DNA of 63,981 bases from an uncultured Collinsella sp. (lineage in GTDB: Bacteria; Actinomycetota; Coriobacteriia; Coriobacteriales; Coriobacteriaceae), in contig UQTN01000001.1 of NCBI GenBank assembly GCA_900543945.1, positions 1-63,981 on the forward strand, read 5' to 3'. Both the position numbers and the translations under genes were made by a program. The notes beneath the pieces are model-generated. The model was given only the letters and a program-made list of their open reading frames with translations, ran no database searches and was not told the origin of the DNA. The number at the start of each line of letters is the position of its first letter. Position 1 is the stretch's first letter. Of this stretch, positions 10,083-19,789 are shown piece by piece.

Positions 10083-10192
10083 GGTTTAAAGTGTCGAGGT
10101 GCCGCAGATTGGCGTGAAAGAGGAGCGCAGCGTACTAACGGTACGTAAGCGACGATTGAACGCCAAGGTGCGGTGCATCGGCGCTTTAAACC
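10083..10192 (+). repeat. Long imperfect palindromic element, copy 1 (TGAAAGAGGAG...CGACGATTGAA core)
   Basis: Arms GGTTTAAAGTGTCGAGGTGCCGCAGATTGGCGT / ACGCCAAGGTGCGGTGCATCGGCGCTTTAAACC pair mostly via G-T wobble; inner CGTAC-TAACG-GTACG hairpin. Confidence 0.75.
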
Positions 10193-10605
10193 AACTTTCC
10201 TAGACAGTGGTCAATCATATGCTGGATCATCTGAGCCTCAAAGCCCGCGTAGTCGCGGCGGCACTCCTTCATCTTGCCGTCGACGATCTGGTCAAAGGCA
10301 ACCTTGCACTTGATGTAGCGCGTGGACTTGGTGACCTCCTCGTGCGTCAGGCAGCTCTCCTCCATCTTGCTGGCGCCCAGGCCAAACACCAGACGGGGGT
10401 TGTAGAGCACGTGGGGCTCGCCGGCATCGTCCAGGTAGACGCAGACCTTCTTGGTAACGCCAATCTGATTGGCGGCCAAGCAGCCGGCATCATCGAGCGA
10501 CTTGATGGTATCAATCAGATCCTGAGCGACCGATTCGTCCTCGACAGTCGCAACCTCGCAACGCTGAGACAGGATAGCCTCGTCGCGGCAGAGCTCTTTA
10601 ATCAT
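10186..10605 (-). CDS. Peptide deformylase-like protein with degenerate active site
   Basis: AGCLAANQIG, EESCLT and QHMIDH in place of the canonical HExxH. Confidence 0.8.
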   Translation of the reverse strand: MIKELCRDEAILSQRCEVATVEDESVAQDLIDTIKSLDDAGCLAANQIGVTKKVCVYLDDAGEPHVLYNPRLVFGLGASKMEESCLTHEEVTKSTRYIKCKVAFDQIVDGKMKECRRDYAGFEAQMIQHMIDHCLGKLV

Positions 10606-10798
10606 ACGTTCCTCCATAGGGGTCGTTGTAACCGCTTAAGTATACGGTACCTACACAATTTCATGCGAAAGATACCGCCCGTCCGTTACAAACCGCCGAA
10701 CATCAACATGTGAGGAACACCAACTTCACAAAGGCGATATAGTGGGTGAGTTCGTGTCAATCGGCCTAAACTCGGGGCCGAACAAGGAAAGGGTATGC

Positions 10799-12112
10799 AT
10801 GGACGAACTATTTCACGTCAGTGAGCGCAAGTCCACAATCGGGACCGAACTTCGCGCTGGACTGACAACATTCCTGGCGATGGCCTACATCATCGCCGTC
10901 AACCCCGCGGTACTCTCGGGCGCTGGCATCGATGCGGGAGCGCTCGCCTGCGCCACCTGCCTGGGCGCCGGCATCATGACCATCTGCATGGGCATCTTCG
11001 CAAACCGCCCGCTCGCCTGCGCGTCGGGCCTGGGCATCAACGCCATGATCGCGGGCATCGCCACCACCATGTGCGGCGGCGACTGGCACGTGGCCATGAG
11101 CGTTATCTTCCTCGAGGGCATCGTCATCTTGCTGCTCGTCCTGTGCGGCCTGCGCGAGGCCATCATGGACGCCATCCCCGTGGTCCTGCGCCACGCCATC
11201 TCGGTGGGTCTGGGCCTGTTTATCGCCATGATCGGCCTGTGCGACGCCGGCATCATCACCGCTGGCGCCGGTACGCTTGTCGGCCTGGGCGACATCACCT
11301 CCCCCACCTTTATCGTCGGCATCATCTCCATCGTCGTGACGGTCGCCCTGGCTTCCCGCAACGTGCCGGGCTCGCTGCTCATCGGCATCATCGTCGCCGT
11401 TATCGCCGGTATCCCGCTGGGCGTCACTCATGCGCCCGAGGGCCTCATCGCACCGCTCGACTTCTCGACCTTTGGCGCCCCGTTTGCCAGCACCGCCGAT
11501 GGCAACATGGCCATCGTGAAGGTTCTGACCGACCCGATGCTGCTCGTCGTGGCCTTCTCGCTGCTCATGAGTGACTTCTTCGACACCATGGGCACCGCGA
11601 TGGCCGTCGCCAAGCAGGGCGAGTTCCTGACCGAGGACGGCAATGTCGAGGACATCCGTCCCATCCTGGTCGTCGACTCCGTGGCCGCTGCTGCCGGTGG
11701 CTTTATGGGCGTCTCCTCCATCACCACTTTCGTCGAGTCCACGTCCGGCGCTGCCGACGGTGGCCGCACGGGTCTCACCTCCGTCACCACCGGTGTGCTG
11801 TTCATCCTCGCCGCGTTCTTCTCCCCCATCGTCACCATCGTTTCCAGCGCCGCCACCTGCGGTGCTCTGGTCTACGTCGGCTACCTCATGATGAGCGAGG
11901 CCTCCGAGATCGACTGGTCCGACGTGTCGCAAGGTTTCCCGGCGTTCATGATTGTCGCCGGCGTGCCCTTCACTTACTCCATCTCTGCCGGCATTGGCCT
12001 GGGCTTTATCGCCTACGTGATCGTCGCGCTCTTTAAGGGCGAGGCCTCCAAGATCAAGCCGCTCATGTGGATCGCAGCACTTGCCTTCCTCGTCTACTTC
12101 TTCGTGGCGTAA
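10799..12112 (+). CDS. NCS2/AzgA-family purine permease (PbuG-like)
   Basis: ELRAGLTTFLAMAYIIAVNP, DFFDTMGT, TTFVESTSG..DGGRTGLTSVTTG motifs. Confidence 0.9.
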   Translation: MDELFHVSERKSTIGTELRAGLTTFLAMAYIIAVNPAVLSGAGIDAGALACATCLGAGIMTICMGIFANRPLACASGLGINAMIAGIATTMCGGDWHVAMSVIFLEGIVILLLVLCGLREAIMDAIPVVLRHAISVGLGLFIAMIGLCDAGIITAGAGTLVGLGDITSPTFIVGIISIVVTVALASRNVPGSLLIGIIVAVIAGIPLGVTHAPEGLIAPLDFSTFGAPFASTADGNMAIVKVLTDPMLLVVAFSLLMSDFFDTMGTAMAVAKQGEFLTEDGNVEDIRPILVVDSVAAAAGGFMGVSSITTFVESTSGAADGGRTGLTSVTTGVLFILAAFFSPIVTIVSSAATCGALVYVGYLMMSEASEIDWSDVSQGFPAFMIVAGVPFTYSISAGIGLGFIAYVIVALFKGEASKIKPLMWIAALAFLVYFFVA

Positions 12113-12320
12113 CGGCACAGTCTGCCAAAGCAGAACACAAAAGCGCGGAGTCGCATCGAGCGGCTCCGCGCTTTTCTTTTAAAGCCAGGCAACGCACGGA
12201 CGCGCGATGTATTGCTTCCCAAGTTTTGGACATTTTGCCCTCCAAACGGCACTACCGCCGGCTACATCCTGCAGATATGCTGGGCGTAATCGCATAGGCC
12301 CTATGAGGATGGGAGCAACC

Positions 12321-14084
12321 ATGGCCGCCCTGTTCACGACCCCCAAGCGCAATGACAAAACCTCTGGAGCCCATTTTATCGAGCCCGACGTACGCCGTCG
12401 CACGCTGCTCGCACACGGCAGCTGGCGCCGCGTGACACACCGCATCGTCGTGGGCGCCGTATGCGCGCTCACGGCAAGCTCGCTGCTCATGCCGAGCGTC
12501 TCACTCGCGGCCGAGTGGGTCAACGTCGGCGGCACTCAGTACAACACTGCAGCAGGCGACGAGGCCGGCACCTGGGCCTGGGACGGCGCCGACGACATGA
12601 AGCTCAACGGCTATAACGGCGGCGCGATCGAGGCAGCGGGCAAGCTCAACGTGAGCTACGAGGGCAACAACACCGTCACTAACGACGACGGCCGCGGCAT
12701 CAAGGTTAAGGATGGCGCGAACGAGAACGCCGAGCTTAATATTCAGGGCGACGCGTCCAGCACGCTCAACGTGACATCTTCTCGTGACGCCATCACTTCC
12801 GTCGGCAACATCAACATCGACGGCGCTGGCACTGTCAACGCCACGAGCACCGAGCACGATGCCATCGATGCCGGGGGCGATGTCACCATCAAGGGCTCGG
12901 GAAACGTTAACGCCACGGGCGATTCGGATGGCATCAGGGCCGACGGCAACATCACGATCGACAACAGCGGAACCGTCACCGCCAAGGGCACCGAGGATCA
13001 GGGTATCGATGCTAACGAGAACCTCATCATAAAGGGCGGCGGCAAGGTAGAGGCAAGCTCTATCAAAGACAATGCGATTTGGGCCGACGGCAACATCGAG
13101 ATCTCGGGTGGCAGCCAGGTCAAGGTAAGCTCCGAGGAAGACGCCGCCATCGACGGTAAAAACAGCCTCACGGTCACGAACGCTTCCCTCAACGCAAGTG
13201 GCGTTGGGTATGGCATCTATGTCTACAAGGGCATCACGCTCGATGGCGCGACCGTGACGGTCCGCGCAAGCTCAGATGGCGGGGAAGTCAGCGCACTCTT
13301 CACCGATGAGGACGACATCGTCATCAAGAACGGCTCGCCTGTGGATGCGCTCGCAGAAGGCAGATTCTCGGTTGCAATCTCCACCAGTAATTTCTACTCC
13401 GGCGAAGCGGGTGGCCATATCTACATCAGCGACTCCGTTGTCAAGGCCATAGCCCGCTATGCCGAGACCGGCGGCGACGGCCCCGACCACTACAGTGGAG
13501 ACCAGGATGGCGAGATCGCCCCTGAGCGCAGGGGCGTGAACTTCGGCATCTTTGCCCGGACCAAGGAGGGCATCACGCCCGCGACCATCTCGATTGTCCG
13601 CAGTAAGGTCACGGCCGAGGGAGACACGGCGGCTATCTTCGCGCTTGCCATGAGCGCGGACGGCGAGGCGATCGGCACCATCGAAATCGAAGGAGCCACC
13701 ATCCAGATGCCTGAAGGCGGCAAGGTCATTGACTATCGCAACAAGGAAGAACTCAGCGACGGCATCGTCTACGAGGCGGGTCAAACCATCGGCACGGGCG
13801 ACGCCGTGATCGACTCCCCCTACAACGAAGCAGTCGCCAAGCACACGCTCATCGCGCCTCCCGAGGAGACCAAACCCGAGGAAAAGCCCGGCGAGACCAA
13901 GCCGGGTTCCAAGTCCGAGGGCGCGAAGACGATCAAGACCGTTGCAGTTGCAGCCACGGGAGCCAAGACCGCCGGCAAACTCGCGGCAACCGGCGACGCC
14001 TCGAGCGCAGCCATCATAGCGACCGCCCTTGTAGGAACGGCCGCTATCGTCACAGGCGCCCTGGCGAGTCGCAAACGCTCGTAA
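12321..14084 (+). CDS. Sortase-anchored surface protein with beta-helix-like carbohydrate-binding repeats (copy 1)
   Basis: Signal peptide ending SLA-AEW; repeated DAI.A.G.V.I.GSG.VNA units; PEEKP linker; LAATG + hydrophobic stretch + RKRS tail. Confidence 0.8.
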   Translation: MAALFTTPKRNDKTSGAHFIEPDVRRRTLLAHGSWRRVTHRIVVGAVCALTASSLLMPSVSLAAEWVNVGGTQYNTAAGDEAGTWAWDGADDMKLNGYNGGAIEAAGKLNVSYEGNNTVTNDDGRGIKVKDGANENAELNIQGDASSTLNVTSSRDAITSVGNINIDGAGTVNATSTEHDAIDAGGDVTIKGSGNVNATGDSDGIRADGNITIDNSGTVTAKGTEDQGIDANENLIIKGGGKVEASSIKDNAIWADGNIEISGGSQVKVSSEEDAAIDGKNSLTVTNASLNASGVGYGIYVYKGITLDGATVTVRASSDGGEVSALFTDEDDIVIKNGSPVDALAEGRFSVAISTSNFYSGEAGGHIYISDSVVKAIARYAETGGDGPDHYSGDQDGEIAPERRGVNFGIFARTKEGITPATISIVRSKVTAEGDTAAIFALAMSADGEAIGTIEIEGATIQMPEGGKVIDYRNKEELSDGIVYEAGQTIGTGDAVIDSPYNEAVAKHTLIAPPEETKPEEKPGETKPGSKSEGAKTIKTVAVAATGAKTAGKLAATGDASSAAIIATALVGTAAIVTGALASRKRS

Positions 14085-14355
14085 ACACTTTTTCGCACAG
14101 GACGGGTGGATCGCGGCTCTTGCCTTCCCCGTCTACTTCTTCGTAGCGTAAGGGCAAGGCTGCAAAAGCTGAACAATAAAGCGCGGAGTCGCCATGCGGC
14201 CCCGCGCTTTTCTTTTAGCGTCGGTCCCTGCGCCGGCGTGCGGCCTATTTCTCCCCCATTTTGGCCATTTTGCCCTCCAAACGGCACTACCGCCGGCAAC
14301 ATCCAGCAGATACGCTGAACCTAGCCGTATAGGCCCTATGAGAACGGGAGCAACC

Positions 14356-16110
14356 ATGGCAGCCTTGTTCACGACCCCCAAACGCAATGACACTACCGCC
14401 GGAACCCATGTTGCCGAACCCGACGTTCGCCGTCGCATAGGACTCGCGCACGGCAGCTGGCGCCGCGTGACGCGCCGCATCGTCGCGGGCGCCGTGTGCG
14501 CGCTCACGGTGAGCTCGCTGCTCATGCCGAGCGTCTCGCTCGCAGCGGAATGGGTCAAGGTCGGCGGCAACAAGTACAACACCGCGGCGAGCGACGAGGC
14601 CGGTACCTGGTCGTGGGACGGCGCCGACGACTTGAAGCTCAACAACTATAACGGCGGCGAGATCCAGGCCGCAGGCAAGCTCAACGTGAACTACTCGGGA
14701 ACCAACATCGTCACTGCCGAATGGATCGAAAGCATCAACGTTTCTCATGGCACTAACGAGAATGCCGAGCTCAATATCCAAGGCGACGCGGGCAGCACGC
14801 TCAGCGTGACATCTACTGAGGACGCTATCCTCTCCACGGGTAATATCAACATCGACGGAGCCGGATCCGTCAACGCCACGAGCACTGGGCTTGATGCCAT
14901 CAATGCCGGGGGTGATCTCGCTATCAAAGGTTCGGGCAACGTCAACGCCACGGGTGCATCGGATGGCATCAGGGCAAACGGCAATATCACGATTGACGAC
15001 AGCGGAGCCGTCACCGCCAGGGCTACCGAGGACAAGGGTATTGGAACCGACAAGAACCTCACCATCAAGGGTGGCGGGACGGTCGAGGCAAGCTCAGCTG
15101 ATGGTGAGGCCCTTTGGAGCGGCGGCAATATCAACATCTCGGACGGCAGCCAGGTCAAGGCAAGCTCCGAGAAAGACGCTGCCGTCGAGGCCAAGGGCAG
15201 CCTCGCAGCCGCAAACGCCTCCCTCAACGTAAACGGTGTTGAATATGGCGTCTATGCCCACAAGGGCATCACCCTCGATCATGCAAACGTGACAGTCCGT
15301 GCAAGTAAAGGCAGATACGGTGGCGCCATTGCCCTCTTCACCTACCAAGACGATATCGTCGTCAAGAACGGCTCCACCGTGGACGCGCTTGCGGAAGGCG
15401 AGGTTTCGGCTGCATTCTCCACCAGAAACGATCGACCCAACGAGAAGGGTGGCCACATCTACATCAGCGACTCCGTTGTCAAGGCCATAGCCCGCTATGT
15501 CGAGAACGGCGACGGCCCCATCCCCTACAGCGAAAACCAAGATGGCGAGACGAGGCGCGAACCCCAAGGCGAGAACATCGGCATCATCGCCCAGACCAGC
15601 GAGGGCGTCACACCCGCAGTCATCTCGATCATCCGCAGCAAGGTAACGGCCGAAGGAGATACAGCGGCAATCTTTGCCCGTGCCATGAGCGCTGACGGCA
15701 AGACAATCGGCACCATCAAGATTGAGAACGCCGCCATCCAGACGCCCGAAGGCGGCAAGGTCATTGACTATCGCAAGCTCCGTGACGGCATCTACGAAGC
15801 AGGCCAAGCCATCGGCACGGGCGACGCCACGGTCGACTCCCTCTATATCAAAGCAGTCGCCAAAAGCACGACCATCGCACCTCCCGAGGTAGCCAAGCCG
15901 GAAGACCCCAAGCCCGACGAGACCAAGCAGAACCCCAAGCCTGAGGGCTCAAAGCCGACCAAGGCCGTTGCGGCTTCAACCACGAAAGCCAAGACTACCG
16001 GCGTGCTCGCGGCAACCGGCGACACCTCGGGTACGGCCATCGTGGCAACCGTCCTTGCGGGAACAGCCGCTATCGCCGCAGGCACCATGGCGAGCCGTAA
16101 GCGCTCTTAG
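14356..16110 (+). CDS. Sortase-anchored surface protein (copy 2, paralog of 12321-14084)
   Basis: Same architecture; near-identical N-terminus MAALFTTPKRND; LAATG...RKRS C-terminus. Confidence 0.8.
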   Translation: MAALFTTPKRNDTTAGTHVAEPDVRRRIGLAHGSWRRVTRRIVAGAVCALTVSSLLMPSVSLAAEWVKVGGNKYNTAASDEAGTWSWDGADDLKLNNYNGGEIQAAGKLNVNYSGTNIVTAEWIESINVSHGTNENAELNIQGDAGSTLSVTSTEDAILSTGNINIDGAGSVNATSTGLDAINAGGDLAIKGSGNVNATGASDGIRANGNITIDDSGAVTARATEDKGIGTDKNLTIKGGGTVEASSADGEALWSGGNINISDGSQVKASSEKDAAVEAKGSLAAANASLNVNGVEYGVYAHKGITLDHANVTVRASKGRYGGAIALFTYQDDIVVKNGSTVDALAEGEVSAAFSTRNDRPNEKGGHIYISDSVVKAIARYVENGDGPIPYSENQDGETRREPQGENIGIIAQTSEGVTPAVISIIRSKVTAEGDTAAIFARAMSADGKTIGTIKIENAAIQTPEGGKVIDYRKLRDGIYEAGQAIGTGDATVDSLYIKAVAKSTTIAPPEVAKPEDPKPDETKQNPKPEGSKPTKAVAASTTKAKTTGVLAATGDTSGTAIVATVLAGTAAIAAGTMASRKRS

Positions 16111-16317
16111 ACGCCTCTGCGCACATGGCAGCTCCCGCGAAGGCCCCGAGTCCCAGCACCGTTTAACAACGCCACCGCCGAGCTCCCCTCCGGCGGTGGC
16201 GTTTTCCATATGCGTCCGCAGGGTATGCACGAGATTGTCTTTGGTCTAGCCCAACCTGCATGAGCCGGCGTGCGACAATGGGGGCCGTCGATATCACAAC
16301 GCCGAGAGAAGCCCGTC

Positions 16318-16983
16318 ATGGAAGCGCATCAAAAGCAGATAACCGTTCATGCACAGCATGCCGAAAGCGCACCAGTCATCTATCTTCCCGTGGTCATGGG
16401 CGACGGCACGGAGGTTTATGAACGCTGCCGAGAGCTCGACTGCCCGCCGTTCACCCTTGTCGCCATTGGAGGGCTCGATTGGAATCACGAGCTGAGCCCC
16501 TGGGAATGCGACGGAACTATACGAGATGCCGAGCCCTTTGGCGGACAGGCTGCTGGTTTTCTTGACGAGTTGTTGAAGCAGATAATCCCAGAGGCCGAAT
16601 CATCGCTCCCGCAACCGCCCGCCTGGCGCGGCGTTGCCGGCTACTCCTTGGCGGGTCTTTTTGCACTGTGGGCACTTTGGCAAACAGATGTCTTTGAGCG
16701 CGCGGCAAGTGCATCGGGGTCGCTGTGGTTCCCCGGCTTTATCGACTACGCGCGCGAGCGCACGATGACAGCTACGCCCGACGCCGTCTATCTGTCACTC
16801 GGTAAAAAGGAAACCAAGACGCCCAACCGCATGATGCGGCACGTACTCGACGATACGCGCGCGATGGAAGAGCTGTTTATCGAGCGTGACATTCCAACAA
16901 TGCTGGAGCTCAACCCCGGCAATCACTTTGCCCAAACTGACCTGCGCATGGCGCGCGGCATCCACTGGATACTGACGCATTAA
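16318..16983 (+). CDS. Alpha/beta hydrolase-fold esterase
   Basis: GYSLAG nucleophile elbow, SASGSLWFPGF, NPGNHF. Confidence 0.8.
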   Translation: MEAHQKQITVHAQHAESAPVIYLPVVMGDGTEVYERCRELDCPPFTLVAIGGLDWNHELSPWECDGTIRDAEPFGGQAAGFLDELLKQIIPEAESSLPQPPAWRGVAGYSLAGLFALWALWQTDVFERAASASGSLWFPGFIDYARERTMTATPDAVYLSLGKKETKTPNRMMRHVLDDTRAMEELFIERDIPTMLELNPGNHFAQTDLRMARGIHWILTH

Positions 16984-17043
16984 AAATGGCGCCCACGCGT
17001 ACATACGCATGGACGCCATTTTTAATTTGGCTGAACGCAGCTA

Positions 17044-18378
17044 CTATTCAGCAGTCTCCTCAAGCTCGGAAGTATCGAACTCAAAGTCATTACCTGGCAG
17101 GATGGCGTTGAGCACAATGCCCACCAGCGAGCCCACGGCAAGGCCCGAAAGCGAAATCGTCACGCCGCCCAGCTCCAGCACGATGGCACCGGCGGTACTG
17201 TAGGCAATGCCGAGCGAAAGCACGAGCACCAGAGCCGCCACCAGCACGTTGCGGTTGTTCTGGAAATCAACCTGGTTCTCGATAAGGTTGCGAACGCCCA
17301 CGGCACTGATCATGCCGTAGAGCACAAGCGACACGCCACCGATAACGCATGCCGGCATAGCAGCGATCACAGCAGCGAACTTGGGGCAGAACGAAAGCAC
17401 AATGGCACAGCAGGCGGCAATGCGAATCACGCGCGGGTCGAACACGCGCGTCAGGGCAAGCACACCGGTGTTCTCACCATATGTCGTATTGGCAGGGGCG
17501 CCAAAGAGCGATGCCAAGATAGTCGCCAGGCCATCGCCGAGCAGGGTACGGTGCAGACCGGGATCGGCAATGTAATTGCGTTCGCAGGTAGAGCCAATGG
17601 CGGAAATATCTCCAATGTGCTCAATCATGGTCGCAAAGGCCAGTGGCATGATGGTGATAATGGCCGTCGTGGCAAGACTGCTATCGAACTGCGGTCCAAA
17701 GAGCGCGAACACGGTGTTGTCCCACACGACAGGTAGACCGACCCACGGCGCGGCGGCAACCCCCGAAAAATCAACCTCGCCCAGCACCGCCGCAACGGCA
17801 TAGCTCACCACAACGCCCAGCAGAATCGGCACGATCTTGACCATGCCGCGGCCCCAAATGTTGCAGATGATGATCACGGCAACGGCAATAGCAGCAACAA
17901 ACCAGTTGGTCTGGCAGTTGGCGATAGCAGAGCTTGCCAAGATCAGGCCGATGGAAATGACGATGGGACCGGTCACCACCGGCGGGAAGAAGCGCATGAC
18001 GCGCTTGGCGCCAAAGGCGCGGAACAGCGCTGCCAGCACCGGATAGAGCAGGCCGGCGCAGGCAACGCCCAGACAAGCGTAGGGCAAAAGCTCGGCCTCG
18101 CCGTTGGGCGCAATGGCGGCATAACCCGCGATAAAGGCAAATGAGGAGCCCAGGAACGCGGGCACCTTACCGCGCGATAGAAAATGAAACAGCAGCGTGC
18201 CGATGCCGGCGAACAGAAGCGTCGCCGAAACGGAAAGGCCGGTGAGCACGGGCACGAGCACCGTGGCTCCGAACATCGCAAACATGTGTTGCAAACCCAA
18301 CACAAACATGCGCGGACGGCCGAGCGACGATGCATCGTAGATGGCATCGGTGACGGCGGGCATCGAAGACTGGGACAT
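17044..18378 (-). CDS. Uracil/xanthine permease (NCS2, UraA/PyrP-like)
   Basis: LGLQHMFAMFGATVLVP, LGSSFAFI, EHIGD, PANTTYGENTGV signature. Confidence 0.9.
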   Translation of the reverse strand: MSQSSMPAVTDAIYDASSLGRPRMFVLGLQHMFAMFGATVLVPVLTGLSVSATLLFAGIGTLLFHFLSRGKVPAFLGSSFAFIAGYAAIAPNGEAELLPYACLGVACAGLLYPVLAALFRAFGAKRVMRFFPPVVTGPIVISIGLILASSAIANCQTNWFVAAIAVAVIIICNIWGRGMVKIVPILLGVVVSYAVAAVLGEVDFSGVAAAPWVGLPVVWDNTVFALFGPQFDSSLATTAIITIMPLAFATMIEHIGDISAIGSTCERNYIADPGLHRTLLGDGLATILASLFGAPANTTYGENTGVLALTRVFDPRVIRIAACCAIVLSFCPKFAAVIAAMPACVIGGVSLVLYGMISAVGVRNLIENQVDFQNNRNVLVAALVLVLSLGIAYSTAGAIVLELGGVTISLSGLAVGSLVGIVLNAILPGNDFEFDTSELEETAE

Positions 18379-18500
18379 GGAAGTCCTTTCGAATGGAAGG
18401 GCGATCAGGCATATCGGATAACCTGCCCGAACGATACGATCCGAACCATTGTACGCGATATGCAGTACCTCGCACGCGCCGCCACCTGCAAACGCTAGCG

Positions 18501-19634
18501 CTATTTCCAAACGCGCTCGGCAATACGCCTGACCAGCGCAATCTTTGCCCACTGCTCGTCCTCGGTCAGCTTATTGCCAATCTCGCAGCTGGCAAAGCCA
18601 CACTGCGGAGACAGATACAGGTTCTCGAGCGGCACGTACTTTGCCGCCTCGCGGATGCGCTCGACGATAACATCCTCGTTCTCGAGCTCTGCCGCCTTGG
18701 TGGTCACCAAGCCCAGCACGACCTTCTTGCCGGGAGCAACGTACTTGAGCGGCTCAAAACCACCGGCGCGGGGCGTGTCGAACTCCAGATAGAACGCGTC
18801 AACGTCCTCATGCGCAAACAGGTACGGCGCGATGGGGTCGTAGCCGCCCTCAAAAGCGTAGGTAGAGTGGTAGTTGCCGCGGCATACATGCGTGTTGATA
18901 ACCAGATCGTCGGGCTTGCCCTCGATGGCGGCATTGTTGAGCGCCACGCCCAGCTCGCTTACCTTTTGCAGGTCGACCGGGCTCATGCCGGTTTTGGCAA
19001 CAAAATCGGTATCGCAGTAGATGCCCCAGGTGCAGTCATCAAACTGGATGTTGCGGCAGCCCGCGGCATACAGGTCAGCAATCACGGTGCGGTATGCTGC
19101 GGCAATGGCATCGACGAGCTCTTCGTCGGTCTTGTAGACGGCGTGCAGACTCTCCTGCTGGCCATCGCAGCGGTCGAGTGTGACTTCGGAGAACGTCTGG
19201 ATCGGCGCCGGAATGGTCTGGCGCGCGACCTGGCCCTCTCCCTCGAGCGACTTGATAAATTTGAAGTGCTCGACGAACGGATGATTCTCGCCGCTAATGG
19301 GACCGGTTACCACGGCGGTGTCGGCGGTAGTCTCCTCATCGTGGAACATGTAGCCCGTGCGCGAGGCGCGTCGCTCAATGCCGTTGAGGCCCCACATAAA
19401 ATCGAGGTGCCAGTAGCTGCGGCGGAACTCGCCATCGGTAATCACCTGCAGGCCGGCAGCCTTCTGCTTGGCCACTAAGTCGCGGATGGCCTCGTCCTCG
19501 ACGGCCTTAAGGCCGGAAGCGTCGAGTTTACCCGCGACATAGGCGGCACGGGCGTCCTTTACAGCCTGCGGACGAAGAAAACTGCCGACGATATCGGCAC
19601 GAAACGGCGCGTTCGGTTGAATCGAAGTGCTCAT
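18501..19634 (-). CDS. Cobalamin-independent methionine synthase, catalytic-domain-only type (YxjG/H-like)
   Basis: ADIVGSFLRP, TDGEFRR, Zn ligands HVCRGN, LEFD and SPQCGFAS. Confidence 0.85.
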   Translation of the reverse strand: MSTSIQPNAPFRADIVGSFLRPQAVKDARAAYVAGKLDASGLKAVEDEAIRDLVAKQKAAGLQVITDGEFRRSYWHLDFMWGLNGIERRASRTGYMFHDEETTADTAVVTGPISGENHPFVEHFKFIKSLEGEGQVARQTIPAPIQTFSEVTLDRCDGQQESLHAVYKTDEELVDAIAAAYRTVIADLYAAGCRNIQFDDCTWGIYCDTDFVAKTGMSPVDLQKVSELGVALNNAAIEGKPDDLVINTHVCRGNYHSTYAFEGGYDPIAPYLFAHEDVDAFYLEFDTPRAGGFEPLKYVAPGKKVVLGLVTTKAAELENEDVIVERIREAAKYVPLENLYLSPQCGFASCEIGNKLTEDEQWAKIALVRRIAERVWK

Positions 19635-19710
19635 AGATATCTCCCTTTGCATTGGTTGCTTTACTGGGACAGAGTATGAGCGCTCATATGGACATCGTAA
19701 AATATATGTT

Positions 19711-19740
19711 TATAACAGTTTGATATAGATGCTTCCTATA
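19711..19740. promoter_or_regulatory. Two overlapping TATA-N9-TATA boxes (MetR/MtaR-type LysR sites)
   Basis: TATAacagtttgaTATAgatgcttccTATA upstream of the methionine synthase; resembles the streptococcal MET-box spacing. Confidence 0.5.
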
Positions 19741-19789
19741 TCAGTTTGGACTGCCATAAAGAGATTTGACCCGCGCAGAACGCAGCAGT

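Larger units (their letters stand above)
12067..16110 (+). repeat. Diverged tandem duplication of about 2.04 kb (12067-14084 and 14106-16110)
   Basis: Each unit has the last 14 codons of the permease, its terminator, the leader region and a surface-protein gene. Confidence 0.85.

Noticed and set aside
12067..14150. Prophage or ICE att sites at the duplicated permease end
   Set aside because: No integrase or phage genes, and homology extends over the whole 2-kb unit rather than a short core.
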